Below, piece by piece: positions 23,426-32,419 of a DNA stretch of 39,559 bases. Origin of the DNA: a virus. Positions within the stretch are counted from its first letter, which is position 1. Each line of letters opens with the position of its first letter. The notes under the pieces were generated by a model that saw only the letters and a list, made by a program, of their open reading frames with translations, did not search any database and was not told where the DNA came from. The stretch spans positions 1 to 39,559 of the IMG/VR virus record IMGVR_UViG_3300038379_000636. The stretch is one strand, 5' to 3'. Both the position numbers and the translations under genes were made by a program.

Positions 23426-25681
23426 CTACTTCGCGCCCGTCACGAGCTCGCCCATGAGCGCGACAATCGTGCAGGGTGTCGGGCCACGATGCTCGAACGC
23501 GAGGAAGCCGTCTTGCCCATGCCCATCCGGCCACGGGAGCGGCACCGAGTCAGCGGTCTCGTCGATGAGGGGTACGGCCGTCGAGAGGAGATCGAAGCGG
23601 TCGCGTAGCACGAGCTCGTCGAGCTCAGCACCGGCCGTCGCGCTGCCGTAGTAGAGGCCCTCGCCCGTATGATGCAGGCGCACGACGACGTGCGACCAGC
23701 GCTTGGTCTTGCCGGAGGCCGCTCCGCCTTCGTCGCCCGGCTCTGGACGCATCGGCACCAGGAGCGAGGAGTACGGGAGCCCGACGTGCACCACGCTCGC
23801 CGGCTCGTCGAGGGTGACCTTTCCGCCCGACACGAGGCGATCGGCAACGCGAGCTCCGTCGGCCAGAATGGCGACGGTTTCGCCCTCATGCGGGATGCCG
23901 CTGATGACGGTCGCCGGCGGGCCCTCGTACGTGAGTCCGCCGTCGACGTAGAAGCTGTCTTCGAGCGGCGGCTCGAAGAAGGAGCCCTTCTCGAGGAACT
24001 CGACCGAGCGCGTGACGGTGCCCAGGAAGGTTCGTTCCACCGCGAGCCACACCTGATCGCTGTCGCCGTCGGGGTGCGGAATTGTGCACACGTCCTCGAT
24101 GTAGACCCCGGATCCGCCAAGCTCGACGCGGCAGAAGGCGAGGGCTTCCTGCGCGCGGTCATAGAGCGCAGCGGCGAGCGCCCCGTCCTCGCACGCGGCG
24201 AGCAGCAGCCGGTACGGCTCCTGCGCATAGGCCACGCGCCGAATCCCGCCGCGCACAAGATGCGAAGCGAGTACCGTCAGGTCGGGGGCCTGGTACGTCT
24301 GCTCGACGTCGGAGAAGAGCACCTCGCGCAGCGCGCGACCGGAGCGCTGGACAAACAGCGACACATTGTCGACCGCGAGCGCCTGCACGCCCGCGCGCGC
24401 GCCGTAGTTCACCTGGCGATCGCGCGCGAGCTCGTTCTCGATCGAGACGGCGAGCGCGGGGTCGCGGCCCGCGGCCGGGAAGATGCCCGCCGAGGTGGCG
24501 ACGGTGAGGATGCGCGTCGCTGCCATCGTCTCGATCGTGACCGCCTCGCCCGCGAGCAGCCGGAACGAGAGAGCGCCCTCTTCGGTCCGGTCGGGACGAA
24601 AGTTGTCATAGGCCCCGCCCGGGCGCGTCGCCCAGAGGAGGTCTGGGTCGGCGTCGGTCCCGCCCCACCAAAGGCGCTCTTCGAAGAACTCGAGCGCGCG
24701 GGGATAGCCCGACGTCTCGTCCCACGCGCCCCACGCCCAGCGGAAGGTCGACGCCGCGACGACCGAGTCCGGCAGCCGATGCAGCACCGTCGCGGTCGCC
24801 GTCGCGCCGCCGGCGGCGACCGAGGTGATGATCGCGTAGCCGGAGCCCGAGTGGATGTATTCCCAGCTCCACCGGCCATCGCTCTCGACGACGCCGTCGG
24901 TGTTCGTGTGGATCGGTGGGCGCGTGCCGGAGGTGCTGCTGACCCCAAGGCTCGTCAGGCGGTAGACATTGCCCTCCCAGTGCACGCGATCGTTGACGGC
25001 CGAGCTCGTGCCGGTGTCGAGGTTGTGGATGTTCACGCCGGCGGCCCAGAGGGGTTGCTTGCTCTCGGGGATCTCGCGCAGGCGCACGAGTCGGCCCTGA
25101 TCGCTGTCGGCGAACGTGAAGCCCGTCGCCGTGAGCGTGATGACGCCCGTGATCGCGCTCGCCTGGATCTTAAGACTCTCATTCGTGTTCTCGGCCCGAA
25201 ACGGCGCCCAGTCGGGCGCGTAGTCCGCGAGCGTGAAGCTCGAGGCGCCCGTGCGCGAGAGCTTTTGCGGCGGCACGGCGGGGTGCGCCATGAAGAGCAC
25301 GTCGGCCGATTGCCGCACCTGAAGCTGGCGCGCCTGCGCCGCGGTCCACGGCGTCACGAGCTCGAGCGGGAGCCCCGTGCCGGGGTCGAGCAGCTGCCCC
25401 GATTGCGTGTAGAAGCGCATCCAGTTCTCGCCGAGCTCGAGCACGTACGCCTGCTCGGTCGAGAAGCGAAACGGGAGCAGCGCGCGGCGGTGTGTGGTGG
25501 TCTTCGCCATCGCGACGTGGCGCGTGCCCGCGCGCCGCTCGGCAGGTCCCTCGACCAGCGGCCAAAAGTTGCGCAGGCGCCGGCAAGCCGCGCCGTAGCG
25601 CTCCTGATCGACGCGACCGTCGAGCGCCGAGTGCCACTCGCCCGCGTTGAACGCCACCTGCATCGGCGAGGCGCGTCCCAT
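23426..25681 (-). CDS. Tail tubular protein B / nozzle-like protein (T7 gp12 position), 751 aa
   Basis: The N-terminus FNAGEWHSALDGRVDQERYGAACRRLRNFWPLVEGPAERRAGTRH matches the recalled F..GE.S..L.GR.D...Y......L.N.....G....R.GT signature of podovirus nozzle proteins. Its size and its position after the gp11-like gene fit. An alternative start lies at 25663. Confidence 0.65.
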   Translation of the reverse strand: MGRASPMQVAFNAGEWHSALDGRVDQERYGAACRRLRNFWPLVEGPAERRAGTRHVAMAKTTTHRRALLPFRFSTEQAYVLELGENWMRFYTQSGQLLDPGTGLPLELVTPWTAAQARQLQVRQSADVLFMAHPAVPPQKLSRTGASSFTLADYAPDWAPFRAENTNESLKIQASAITGVITLTATGFTFADSDQGRLVRLREIPESKQPLWAAGVNIHNLDTGTSSAVNDRVHWEGNVYRLTSLGVSSTSGTRPPIHTNTDGVVESDGRWSWEYIHSGSGYAIITSVAAGGATATATVLHRLPDSVVAASTFRWAWGAWDETSGYPRALEFFEERLWWGGTDADPDLLWATRPGGAYDNFRPDRTEEGALSFRLLAGEAVTIETMAATRILTVATSAGIFPAAGRDPALAVSIENELARDRQVNYGARAGVQALAVDNVSLFVQRSGRALREVLFSDVEQTYQAPDLTVLASHLVRGGIRRVAYAQEPYRLLLAACEDGALAAALYDRAQEALAFCRVELGGSGVYIEDVCTIPHPDGDSDQVWLAVERTFLGTVTRSVEFLEKGSFFEPPLEDSFYVDGGLTYEGPPATVISGIPHEGETVAILADGARVADRLVSGGKVTLDEPASVVHVGLPYSSLLVPMRPEPGDEGGAASGKTKRWSHVVVRLHHTGEGLYYGSATAGAELDELVLRDRFDLLSTAVPLIDETADSVPLPWPDGHGQDGFLAFEHRGPTPCTIVALMGELVTGAK

Positions 25682-25942
25682 CTACACCACCCCAAGGAGC
25701 GCCAGCCGACGGCGGAGCACGTGCTGCTCGAGGATCCAGCAGGCCGAGGCATCGTCCACATTGACGCACTGCACGGTCGCCGTGCCCTCGCGGTCGATGG
25801 CGATGGCGATGAGTCCGCTGGTCTCTTGTCGTTCGACGCCGGCGACGAGCTCGCCAAGAACCTGGGCGAGCTCGCGGCGCACGCGCGGCGACTCCGCGAG
25901 GGAACGCACCAGTCGAACCGATTTCGCGCCCGCCGCGCTCAC
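25682..25942 (-). CDS. Hypothetical protein, 86 aa
   Basis: The GTG at 25942 overlaps the upstream TGA (GTGA). G/C is high at the third codon position. No motif recognised. Confidence 0.45.
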   Translation of the reverse strand: MSAAGAKSVRLVRSLAESPRVRRELAQVLGELVAGVERQETSGLIAIAIDREGTATVQCVNVDDASACWILEQHVLRRRLALLGVV

Positions 25943-26520
25943 GCCCGATAACGAGCCCCGACCCACTCGGAGTCGGAGTCGTCCTCAGTCACCTCCTCCT
26001 CGAGCCCGTCGACCGCGCGGGCCGCGTCGAGCGCCGCCTGGTAGGCCGCCTCGGCGTCGGCGCGCTTGCCGCGATCCTGCGTGAGCGGCATGGCGAGCTC
26101 CATTGCAAGCCGCGCCGAGAGCGCGGCGCGCAGCATCGGGTCGTAGGTGTTCGCGTCGGTCTGCTGGAACACGTACCGCACGTTGAGGGGCGCGTCCCAA
26201 TCCGTCAGGATCAAGCGCCCCTCGATCGTCCAGCCCACCTTGGCCGCGAAGTCCTCCTCGTTCACGGCCAGGATGCGCAGGGCGTCGGCCGGCCATGCGT
26301 ACTCGAACGCCCACTCGAACGCCGGCGTGGTCGCGAGCGCGGCGAGCGCGGTGCGCTTGATGGCGCCGTTCCACGGATGCTCGCGCAGCACCGCGTCGCG
26401 GAGCTCGGGCCAGATGGCTTTGGCGAGCCGCGCCGCTTTGACCGGATCGTCGAGCGAAGTGATCGGCGACTCGCCGAGCGCGATCAGGCCGCGGTTCACG
26501 ATGCCGGTTTCAGACGCCAC
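25939..26520 (-). CDS. Tail tubular protein A / adaptor-like protein (T7 gp11 type), 193 aa
   Basis: IVNRGLIALGESPITSLDDPVKAARLAKAIWPELRDAVLREHPWNGA parallels the T7 gp11 N-terminus as I recall it (VNDILASIGEPPVSTLEGD...[20 protein letters not shown]). Confidence 0.7.
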   Translation of the reverse strand: MASETGIVNRGLIALGESPITSLDDPVKAARLAKAIWPELRDAVLREHPWNGAIKRTALAALATTPAFEWAFEYAWPADALRILAVNEEDFAAKVGWTIEGRLILTDWDAPLNVRYVFQQTDANTYDPMLRAALSARLAMELAMPLTQDRGKRADAEAAYQAALDAARAVDGLEEEVTEDDSDSEWVGARYRA

Positions 26521-26532
26521 GGCGAGAGCCTA

Positions 26533-26715
26533 CTAGGTTTCGTTCGCGAGGATCGCCAGCTTCGCCTTCTCGAGCGCAACGAGGATCGAGCTCGAGGTCG
26601 CGGTGTCGTCCCAGAGAACGCGCACGCCCGTCGTGTTCGTGAGTGTGAGCGCGGTTCCGTCCTGAATCGCCGGGTCGGCGCCCGAGGGGCCCGTGTCGAC
26701 GAACTTCCTTGCCAT
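26533..26715 (-). CDS. Hypothetical small protein, 60 aa
   Basis: ATG preceded by a GGAGGGGG RBS. The coding-like frame reads MARKFVDTGPSGADPAIQDG... Confidence 0.45.
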   Translation of the reverse strand: MARKFVDTGPSGADPAIQDGTALTLTNTTGVRVLWDDTATSSSILVALEKAKLAILANET

Positions 26716-26798
26716 CGCCCCCTCCGCCTACTCGCGCCGCCGCCCAGTCCCCAATCCGGGCGGGCGGCGCTTTCGGTCTCCCCGTTAGACGTTGTGAG

Positions 26799-27398
26799 CT
26801 AGAAGCCCGCGGCGAACAGTCCCGCGAGCTTGATCGTGCCGGCGCCGGTGCCCACCGTGTTCGCGGTGATGCAGACGTCATACTCGGTGCCCGGCGTCGG
26901 AGCCGCGGCGAGCCCGGCGTCCTCCCACACCCGCCGGAAGCGCTGGATGCCCGTGATCGCGCCGCCGCCCGAGATCGTGCCGAGCACGTTCTGCGCACTC
27001 CCGAGCGACGCCACGGCGTCCGACGCGGCACGCGAGGCGAGCGCGGGATCGACCGAGATGCCGAAGATCCGCGCGGTCGCCATCGAGGCCCCGTCGACCC
27101 AGATGTCCCTGTCTCGCACGGTCTGATCGGCGAGGTTCCAGTTGCCGGCGTTGTAGAGGCCGACGTCGTAGTCGGTGCCGCCCGTGATCGCGTCGTTGAA
27201 CAGCCAGAGGTCGATGAGGCGCCACTCCGACGACACCCGGAAGGCGGGGTAGATGTGCCCGTCGTTGTCGGCCGCAAGCACGCTGATCGTGCCGACGAGG
27301 AACTTCACCTGCGCGAAGCCGAGGTTGACTTCGTTGAACAGAGCAGGCGGCGAGCTCGGGTAGAGGTTCGCCATCAGGTCGGAGAGGCGGTTTGCCAC
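26799..27398 (-). CDS. Virion-associated protein downstream of the capsid gene (possible capsid decoration/cement protein), 199 aa
   Basis: GTG start with a GAAGGAG RBS, immediately after the MCP. The function is suggested by position only. Confidence 0.45.
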   Translation of the reverse strand: MANRLSDLMANLYPSSPPALFNEVNLGFAQVKFLVGTISVLAADNDGHIYPAFRVSSEWRLIDLWLFNDAITGGTDYDVGLYNAGNWNLADQTVRDRDIWVDGASMATARIFGISVDPALASRAASDAVASLGSAQNVLGTISGGGAITGIQRFRRVWEDAGLAAAPTPGTEYDVCITANTVGTGAGTIKLAGLFAAGF

Positions 27399-27443
27399 GG
27401 TGGGCTCCTTCTCAGAGTTCGGGGGTGGGCGAAGTGCGGCGGA

Positions 27444-28322
27444 CTAGGCGCAGAGCACCTCGACGACCTTCTTCTCTTGCGTGCGGGTCGCGTTGGCCGT
27501 GAGGCAGCTGTAGATCTGCCACGTCTTGCCCTTGGCCGGCAGCCGGTCGACCGTCGTGTAGACGTCCTGCCAGATGCCGCAGTGCAGGCCCGACTTCGCC
27601 CACGCGATGACGCGGCGATCGGTGCCCGAGAGCAAGAGACGCTCGGTGCGGATGAAGTTGAAGCCCATGAAGGACTTGACGCGCCCGTCGACCAGCACGG
27701 CGCGGTCGTTGTAGTCCGTGTTGACGATCTGAATCTCGTTGAGCAGGTCGTCGTGCTCTTCCGAGGAGATCGCCATGTAGAGCGGCTCGGTCTCGGGCAC
27801 TTCGGCCGCGTCGAACGCCTTCCTCGCCGCGCGCAGCTTGGCGACGGTCAGGCCCGCGCCGCCGGCCGCGATCGAGTGGCCCGGGTTCGCGGCCACGAAG
27901 GCGGCCCACGTGACCCCGGTCGTGCCGTTCTCCCCCGTGAACGCCGTCGCGAAGGCGGCATTGATGATCAGATCGTCGAGCTGGCGCATGGCCGCGCTCT
28001 TGAAGTTCTGGGCGTAGATGCCGGTCGGGTCGACCAGCATGCGCAGCTTGTCCTGATCGTCGACGTAGTCGGCGATGTCGTAGTCCTCGGGGTGGATCCA
28101 GCGCGCGTCGTGCGGCGTGTTCACCGGGACCACGTCGCCGTGGCGGACGGTGCGCTTGCGCATCGCGACCTGGCCGACCTGCTCGATGATCTTTGCGGCC
28201 TTGCCCACGTAGTCGCTGCGGACGTCGACCGCGGACAGAAACCGCGAGTCCATCTGCTGGAGCAGCTGCTCGATGTTGGCCTTGTAGGTCTGGACGGTGG
28301 CGACGGTGACCTGGAACGACAT
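27444..28322 (-). CDS. Major capsid protein, 292 aa
   Basis: Strong GGGAGG RBS. Sequence ...ARWIHPEDYDIADYVDDQDKLRMLVDPTGIYAQNFKSAAMRQLDDLIINAAF..GLTVAKLRAARKAF..VNTDYNDRAVLVDGRVKSFMGFNFIRTERL...QEKKVVEVLC matches a recalled podovirus MCP family signature. It follows the scaffold gene. Confidence 0.85.
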   Translation of the reverse strand: MSFQVTVATVQTYKANIEQLLQQMDSRFLSAVDVRSDYVGKAAKIIEQVGQVAMRKRTVRHGDVVPVNTPHDARWIHPEDYDIADYVDDQDKLRMLVDPTGIYAQNFKSAAMRQLDDLIINAAFATAFTGENGTTGVTWAAFVAANPGHSIAAGGAGLTVAKLRAARKAFDAAEVPETEPLYMAISSEEHDDLLNEIQIVNTDYNDRAVLVDGRVKSFMGFNFIRTERLLLSGTDRRVIAWAKSGLHCGIWQDVYTTVDRLPAKGKTWQIYSCLTANATRTQEKKVVEVLCA

Positions 28323-28527
28323 GGAGAGCCTCCCGGGATTCGAGGGACACGCAAAGCGGCGTCGGCCGGGCTTGCGTATCCGCCGGGAAGGCGGGGCCTG
28401 AGGAGCTTTCGCTCGGGCTCCGAGGCTGGATTCAGCGACTCATGCGCCGGGTGTCCGCGCGCGGGCCGGCGAGCCGCTGGGCTCTCGAAGGTGTCCGGGC
28501 TGGGCTCCTCTCCTGTCGATGGCTGAA

Positions 28528-28557
28528 CTTCTACCGCGGGATGCGAGCCCCTGTCAA
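28528..28557 (-). promoter_or_regulatory. Candidate sigma70-type promoter for the capsid gene (TTGACA-18 nt-TAGAAG)
   Basis: On the minus strand there is a perfect -35 TTGACA (28557-28552) and a weak -10 TAGAAG (28533-28528). It lies in the 400-bp non-coding gap upstream of the MCP. Confidence 0.25.
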
Positions 28558-28722
28558 CGCCCACGCGGCTCTTTTTCACGCGGCGTTCTGGTAAGCTCGA
28601 GCTCGGCACTTCGGGCCTCGCCATACCCGAGGTCGCTCCCAAAGCCGGCGGCGCGCATGGCGATTGCCGGCGCGCCGCCGCGCGACGCGGAACAAGGGCC
28701 GCAACGCGCGAACGGCTGCGGG

Positions 28723-29037
28723 CTAACGGGGGGCTGGCGTCGCCGACGGCGAGGGCGGCGCCAGCACACCGCACGCTTCAAGCGCCATGCGCGCGTCGCG
28801 CGCGAAGAAGCCCGCGGTCACGGGCGTCAGGAACCCGAGCCGCTCGGCGTAGTCGTAGACGTTGCCTTCGGGATCCCGCGCGGTCGCGTGGGTCGCGATC
28901 GCCCACCACGCACGATTGCGGCCCTGCACGAAGCGCACGCGCACCTCGGCAGGCAGCACCTGCGCGCAGAGCGCGTGCGCTTCGTTGGGCGTCACCCTCT
29001 CTTCTTGCGACTTGACACAATGTCCCTTATCGGACAC
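28723..29037 (-). CDS. Hypothetical protein, 104 aa
   Basis: GTG start with consistently G/C-ending codons. No motif recognised. Confidence 0.5.
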   Translation of the reverse strand: MSDKGHCVKSQEERVTPNEAHALCAQVLPAEVRVRFVQGRNRAWWAIATHATARDPEGNVYDYAERLGFLTPVTAGFFARDARMALEACGVLAPPSPSATPAPR

Positions 29038-29110
29038 CGAGGCGCAGCCTGGCAGGCCGTTCGGGTTGTCCCGCGCACGCTACCACGCCGGGCGCACGAG
29101 CTGCAATCCT

Positions 29111-30025
29111 CTAGGGCAAGCCCTGCCCGAGGATCGCGTCCATGCCGGGCAGCTTCGCCGTGAGCGCCGCCACGCGCTCAACCAGCGCCTTGTGCTCGGG
29201 GTGCCGCCGATCGAGGAACGCCGGCTCCGCGCGCAGCTCGCGCAGCTTCGCGTGGATGGCCGTCTCGCTGTTCTCGCCCGCGCCGCCCCGGCCCTCGACG
29301 ACGCCCGCCTCCCCCAGCTTCGCGCCGAGCTCGGCGAAGCGGTACAGCACGCGCTCGGGCCCCATCACCTGCACCATCGCCTTGAGCTCCGCGTCGTCGA
29401 TGCCGAGCGCCTGCGCAAAGCGCACCGAGGCATCCGCCTTCGCGTCGAACTCTTTGCCCCACTCCGCGCGCGCCTTCGCCTCCGCAGCCTGGATCGCCGC
29501 CGCGCTCTCCGCCTCCGCGTTCGCCGCAGCCTTCGCCCCGAGCTCCTCGTAGGCGGACACGATGCGGCGAGCCTGCGCGTTGGTCAGCCCCACCTCGTGA
29601 AAGATCGGATTGAACTGCGCGAGCGTCTCCTGCGCGCCCTCGCTCAGCTTCACGTCCTTGTAGTCGTAGCCGTCCGGCTTCTCGGGCAGGCCAAGGCGCG
29701 TGAGCAGCGGCCGAATCTCCTCCGGCTTCGCGCCCGACTTCGGGATGCGCACGAGCTCCTCGGGCGGCGCGCCGATGAACTTGGCCTGCGCCTTCACCAT
29801 GTGCATCAGATCCACCGGGCTCTGCATCTTGCGCTGCGTGACGAGCTCCATCGCCTCGCCGTCGAACCCATCCGTCCACGGCTTCGGCTGCGTTCCCGCA
29901 GTGCGCGCGTAGCGCACCACGTCGGCGGGGCTCTTCCAGTCGGGATGCGCCTCGAGGAAGGTCTTCTCCTCAGCGCCGAGGCCCTCGAGGTTCGCGTGCC
30001 AGTGCGGCGTGTTTTCAGGGGGCAT
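29111..30025 (-). CDS. Scaffolding protein, 304 aa
   Basis: An acidic, helical, Ala/Glu/Lys-rich protein (AKAAANAEAESAAAIQAAEAKARAEWGKEFDAKADASVRFAQALG) sitting between the portal and capsid genes. Confidence 0.65.
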   Translation of the reverse strand: MPPENTPHWHANLEGLGAEEKTFLEAHPDWKSPADVVRYARTAGTQPKPWTDGFDGEAMELVTQRKMQSPVDLMHMVKAQAKFIGAPPEELVRIPKSGAKPEEIRPLLTRLGLPEKPDGYDYKDVKLSEGAQETLAQFNPIFHEVGLTNAQARRIVSAYEELGAKAAANAEAESAAAIQAAEAKARAEWGKEFDAKADASVRFAQALGIDDAELKAMVQVMGPERVLYRFAELGAKLGEAGVVEGRGGAGENSETAIHAKLRELRAEPAFLDRRHPEHKALVERVAALTAKLPGMDAILGQGLP

Positions 30026-30413
30026 CGAGGTCGTTCTCCTGTTCTTCGGCGAGCATGCGGCGCTCGACCGCGAGGATCTCCGCGGGCGTCAGCGCGACAT
30101 AGCCGACGATGCGAAGATACACCTGGCGGCGCCCCTCGAGCTGCGCGGAATCGCGGCCCGTCGGGTCGTCGTGCACGTGGGTCGTTTGCTCTCGCCCGGC
30201 GTGGCAGAAGCGCTCGAGGTCGGCCAGCACAAGAGCCTGCCAGGTCTGATCCGCCAGCACGAAGCGCGCGAGCCGCGCGATCCCAAGCCGCGCACCGAGG
30301 CGCGCCCACCAGCGACCCGCAAGCGGCGCGCCGTCTTCGAACGCGCGCTTGTAGTTGCGCACGCGCTCGCGCCAGACTTCGGCCCGCGCGCCGGCGCGCT
30401 GCGAGGCGTTCAC
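30015..30413 (-). CDS. Hypothetical protein, 132 aa
   Basis: The start overlaps the portal stop by 4 nt. No motif recognised. Confidence 0.5.
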   Translation of the reverse strand: MNASQRAGARAEVWRERVRNYKRAFEDGAPLAGRWWARLGARLGIARLARFVLADQTWQALVLADLERFCHAGREQTTHVHDDPTGRDSAQLEGRRQVYLRIVGYVALTPAEILAVERRMLAEEQENDLDAP

Positions 30414-32050
30414 GCCGCCGTCGCGGCGCTCGCGATGTCCTTCGCCGCCTTCGCGGCCGGCGGCACCATCGCGAGCGCGTTCTCGCGCTCCGCCGCCTCG
30501 AGCCGCGCGCGGCTGCGGCGCTCGACCTCGGCCTCGCTGCGCACCAGCTTCGACGGCGTCCCGCGCAGCTCGGCGATGTGCCGCCCCGCGGCGCGCAGGT
30601 CGATCACCTCGAGCGCATCAGGGTCGAGATCGGCGAGCGCACGCAGGTCGGCAATCGTTTGGCTGATCGCATTCACGTCGCCGGCGCGCTGCATCTGCTG
30701 CGCGGGCGTCTCGTACTCGTTCACGTAGGAGCCGCCCGCCTCTACGAGCTCGCGGGGCATCGGCGGAAGCCTTCCTTGACGCGCGAGGATGCCGAGCTCG
30801 CGCTCGGTCATCGGGGCGAGCTTTTGCTCTTGGTGGCTGCCCACCACCGGGCCGATGAACACGCCCTTCTCGTTCGCCCGCTCCAGGATCTCGGCGGCGG
30901 TCATCTGCGGCCGCTCGGTGAGCAGCGTGAAGAGGTCGACGAAGAAGGCGCGGTCGAGCTTGGCGCGGAAGTGATCGAGCAGCGCTTCGGTGATGCCGAT
31001 GTTCGCACCCGTATAGAGCGGATCGACCATGCGCTTGCCGTCGCGGCTGATGCCGCCGCGCGTCAGCGTGCCCGCCCGCAGCCGCACGGCGCGCGTCACG
31101 CCGAGTACGCCGTCGTCGGCGACCAGCAGCGGCGGATCCGCCTGCTTCTCGCCCGCCCGCAGCATGTCGCGGATCATGCGGTTCATCGTCTTGATCGTCG
31201 GCAGCAGATCCATCGCGATGCCGCGCCCGTAGTCCTCGCCGGGCGCGCGCTCGGCGGAGGTGAAGATGAACGGCATCTCGTCGTAGCCGTTCTCTTCGTC
31301 GCGCAGCACGGCCTTCTCGTTCGGGAGCAGATCGCGCACCGAGTAGGGCTTCGCGTAGAGGTTGCCCGGGTCGTAGTCCGGGTTCGGCTCGACCACCATC
31401 AGGAGCTCCGCCACGTCCTGCGGCTTGTCCTTCGCCTTGCTCAGCCACTTCTCGGGGATGCGCGACGGGTCGAAGAGCCGCGGCAGCTGATCGGCCGGCA
31501 GCTCGTAGCGGCGGAACACACGCTCGACGAGGCCCTGCCAATTGCGCGTGACCCAGACGTTCTGCAGCGGCTCCATGCGATACCGAATGCCGTCACGGCG
31601 CCGGGTGATCGGGTCGATGCGGTCGTCGACGAACAGGCAGTCGTTTCCGAGCACGCCCTCGGAGCGGTAGCACTGCGAGAGGTTCTCGTAGCAGCCGGCC
31701 TGCTTCGCCTCGCGCTCGCGGAAGAGCACGTCGAGCACCTCGTCGTAGTAGTCGCGCACGCGCGCGATCTTGCGCAGCGGTGCCTCGCTCGCCGTGATGC
31801 GGTGCCAGCGCGTCCCGCGGCGCGTCAGCAGCGTCTCGAGCACGGCCGCATACTTCTTCGAGTTCACCGGCGCCGTGTCGTCGTACAGGTCAAGGTTCTT
31901 CTCGCTGCCCGGCGTCTCGCGGCTCGTGAAGTTTTTCTGATTCGGCCACACGTAGCGCGCGGTCGACTCGAAGTAGGTGTCGAACAGCGCGCGCGCGGTC
32001 TTGGCCTGCTCCCACATGCGGAGCAGCTTCACCACATCCGCGCTAGCCAC
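30410..32050 (-). CDS. Portal (head-to-tail connector) protein, T7/podovirus type, 546 aa
   Basis: VVKLLRMWEQAKTARALFDTYFESTARYVWPNQ...DLYDDTAPVNSKKYAAVLETLL...GRGIAMDLLPTIKTMNRMIRDMLRAGEKQADPPLLV fits the recalled podovirus connector family. Its size and synteny (terminase upstream, scaffold and MCP downstream) also fit. Confidence 0.85.
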   Translation of the reverse strand: MASADVVKLLRMWEQAKTARALFDTYFESTARYVWPNQKNFTSRETPGSEKNLDLYDDTAPVNSKKYAAVLETLLTRRGTRWHRITASEAPLRKIARVRDYYDEVLDVLFREREAKQAGCYENLSQCYRSEGVLGNDCLFVDDRIDPITRRRDGIRYRMEPLQNVWVTRNWQGLVERVFRRYELPADQLPRLFDPSRIPEKWLSKAKDKPQDVAELLMVVEPNPDYDPGNLYAKPYSVRDLLPNEKAVLRDEENGYDEMPFIFTSAERAPGEDYGRGIAMDLLPTIKTMNRMIRDMLRAGEKQADPPLLVADDGVLGVTRAVRLRAGTLTRGGISRDGKRMVDPLYTGANIGITEALLDHFRAKLDRAFFVDLFTLLTERPQMTAAEILERANEKGVFIGPVVGSHQEQKLAPMTERELGILARQGRLPPMPRELVEAGGSYVNEYETPAQQMQRAGDVNAISQTIADLRALADLDPDALEVIDLRAAGRHIAELRGTPSKLVRSEAEVERRSRARLEAAERENALAMVPPAAKAAKDIASAATAA

Positions 32051-32237
32051 CGGAGAGCACCGTGCGGCCCGTCAGCGGGCGCTCGGCAGCGCCGCGGGGG
32101 CCTGTAATCACCGTGCGCCGATTGCCCTCCGCTGCTCGACGCCGACGCTCGCGGTCGGCGGCCTCCGCAGCCTCGGCGTCGACCTGCGGAAGCGGCTTCA
32201 GCTTGGGAACTTTCGGCTTGCGAAAGAACAGGCCCAT
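32043..32237 (-). CDS. Small basic protein P2 (64 aa), paralogue of 32237-32419
   Basis: MGLFFRKPKVPKLKPLPQV...RRRRAAEGNRRTVITGPRGAAERPLTGRTVLSGG. I recall the same MG.F.KPK.PK...STILTG-type architecture in small proteins next to podovirus portal genes. Confidence 0.5.
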   Translation of the reverse strand: MGLFFRKPKVPKLKPLPQVDAEAAEAADRERRRRAAEGNRRTVITGPRGAAERPLTGRTVLSGG

Positions 32238-32419
32238 CAATAGGCCCTGCCGCTGATCGCGGTCAGGCGCCCACCTGGTCGCCCGAGCACGCCCGCGCTT
32301 GGGCGGCCACCGCCAGCACCCTCGGCCCCACGCCCGCCAGGGCGCGACGGGACGCTACGTCGCGGCAGTACCGTCTCAGGCCGGACCTTCGGTTTCTTCG
32401 GCTTCTTGAAAGCGCCCAT
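32237..32419 (-). CDS. Small basic protein P1 (60 aa), paralogue of P2
   Basis: MGAFKKPKKPKVRPETVLP... In the 44-nt overlap with the upstream ORF this frame has the G/C-ending codons. Its stop overlaps the P2 ATG (TGATG). Confidence 0.45.
   Translation of the reverse strand: MGAFKKPKKPKVRPETVLPRRSVPSRPGGRGAEGAGGGRPSAGVLGRPGGRLTAISGRAY

Noticed and set aside
26734-26770. GC-rich stem-loop (GCGCCGCCGCCC...GGGC-G-GGCGGCGC) between the 199-aa and 60-aa genes, as a possible Rho-independent terminator
   Set aside because: On the transcribed (minus) strand no U-tract follows the hairpin, and a strong RBS and gene follow immediately. It may modulate read-through, but it is not a canonical terminator.
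28331-28348. tRNA-like T-loop (minus strand ..CCCTCGAATCCCGGGAGG..)
   Set aside because: It is only a TCGAATCC-like fragment. No acceptor, D or anticodon arms can be drawn around it, and it overlaps the MCP ribosome-binding site.
28121-28781. ORFs inside the capsid leader: 28121-28774 (217 aa) and 28554-28781 (75 aa) on the minus strand, and 28519-29163 on the plus strand
   Set aside because: Their translations are Arg/Pro/Ser-rich, they overlap the MCP or the 104-aa gene out of frame, and they have no RBS. I treat the region as non-coding.
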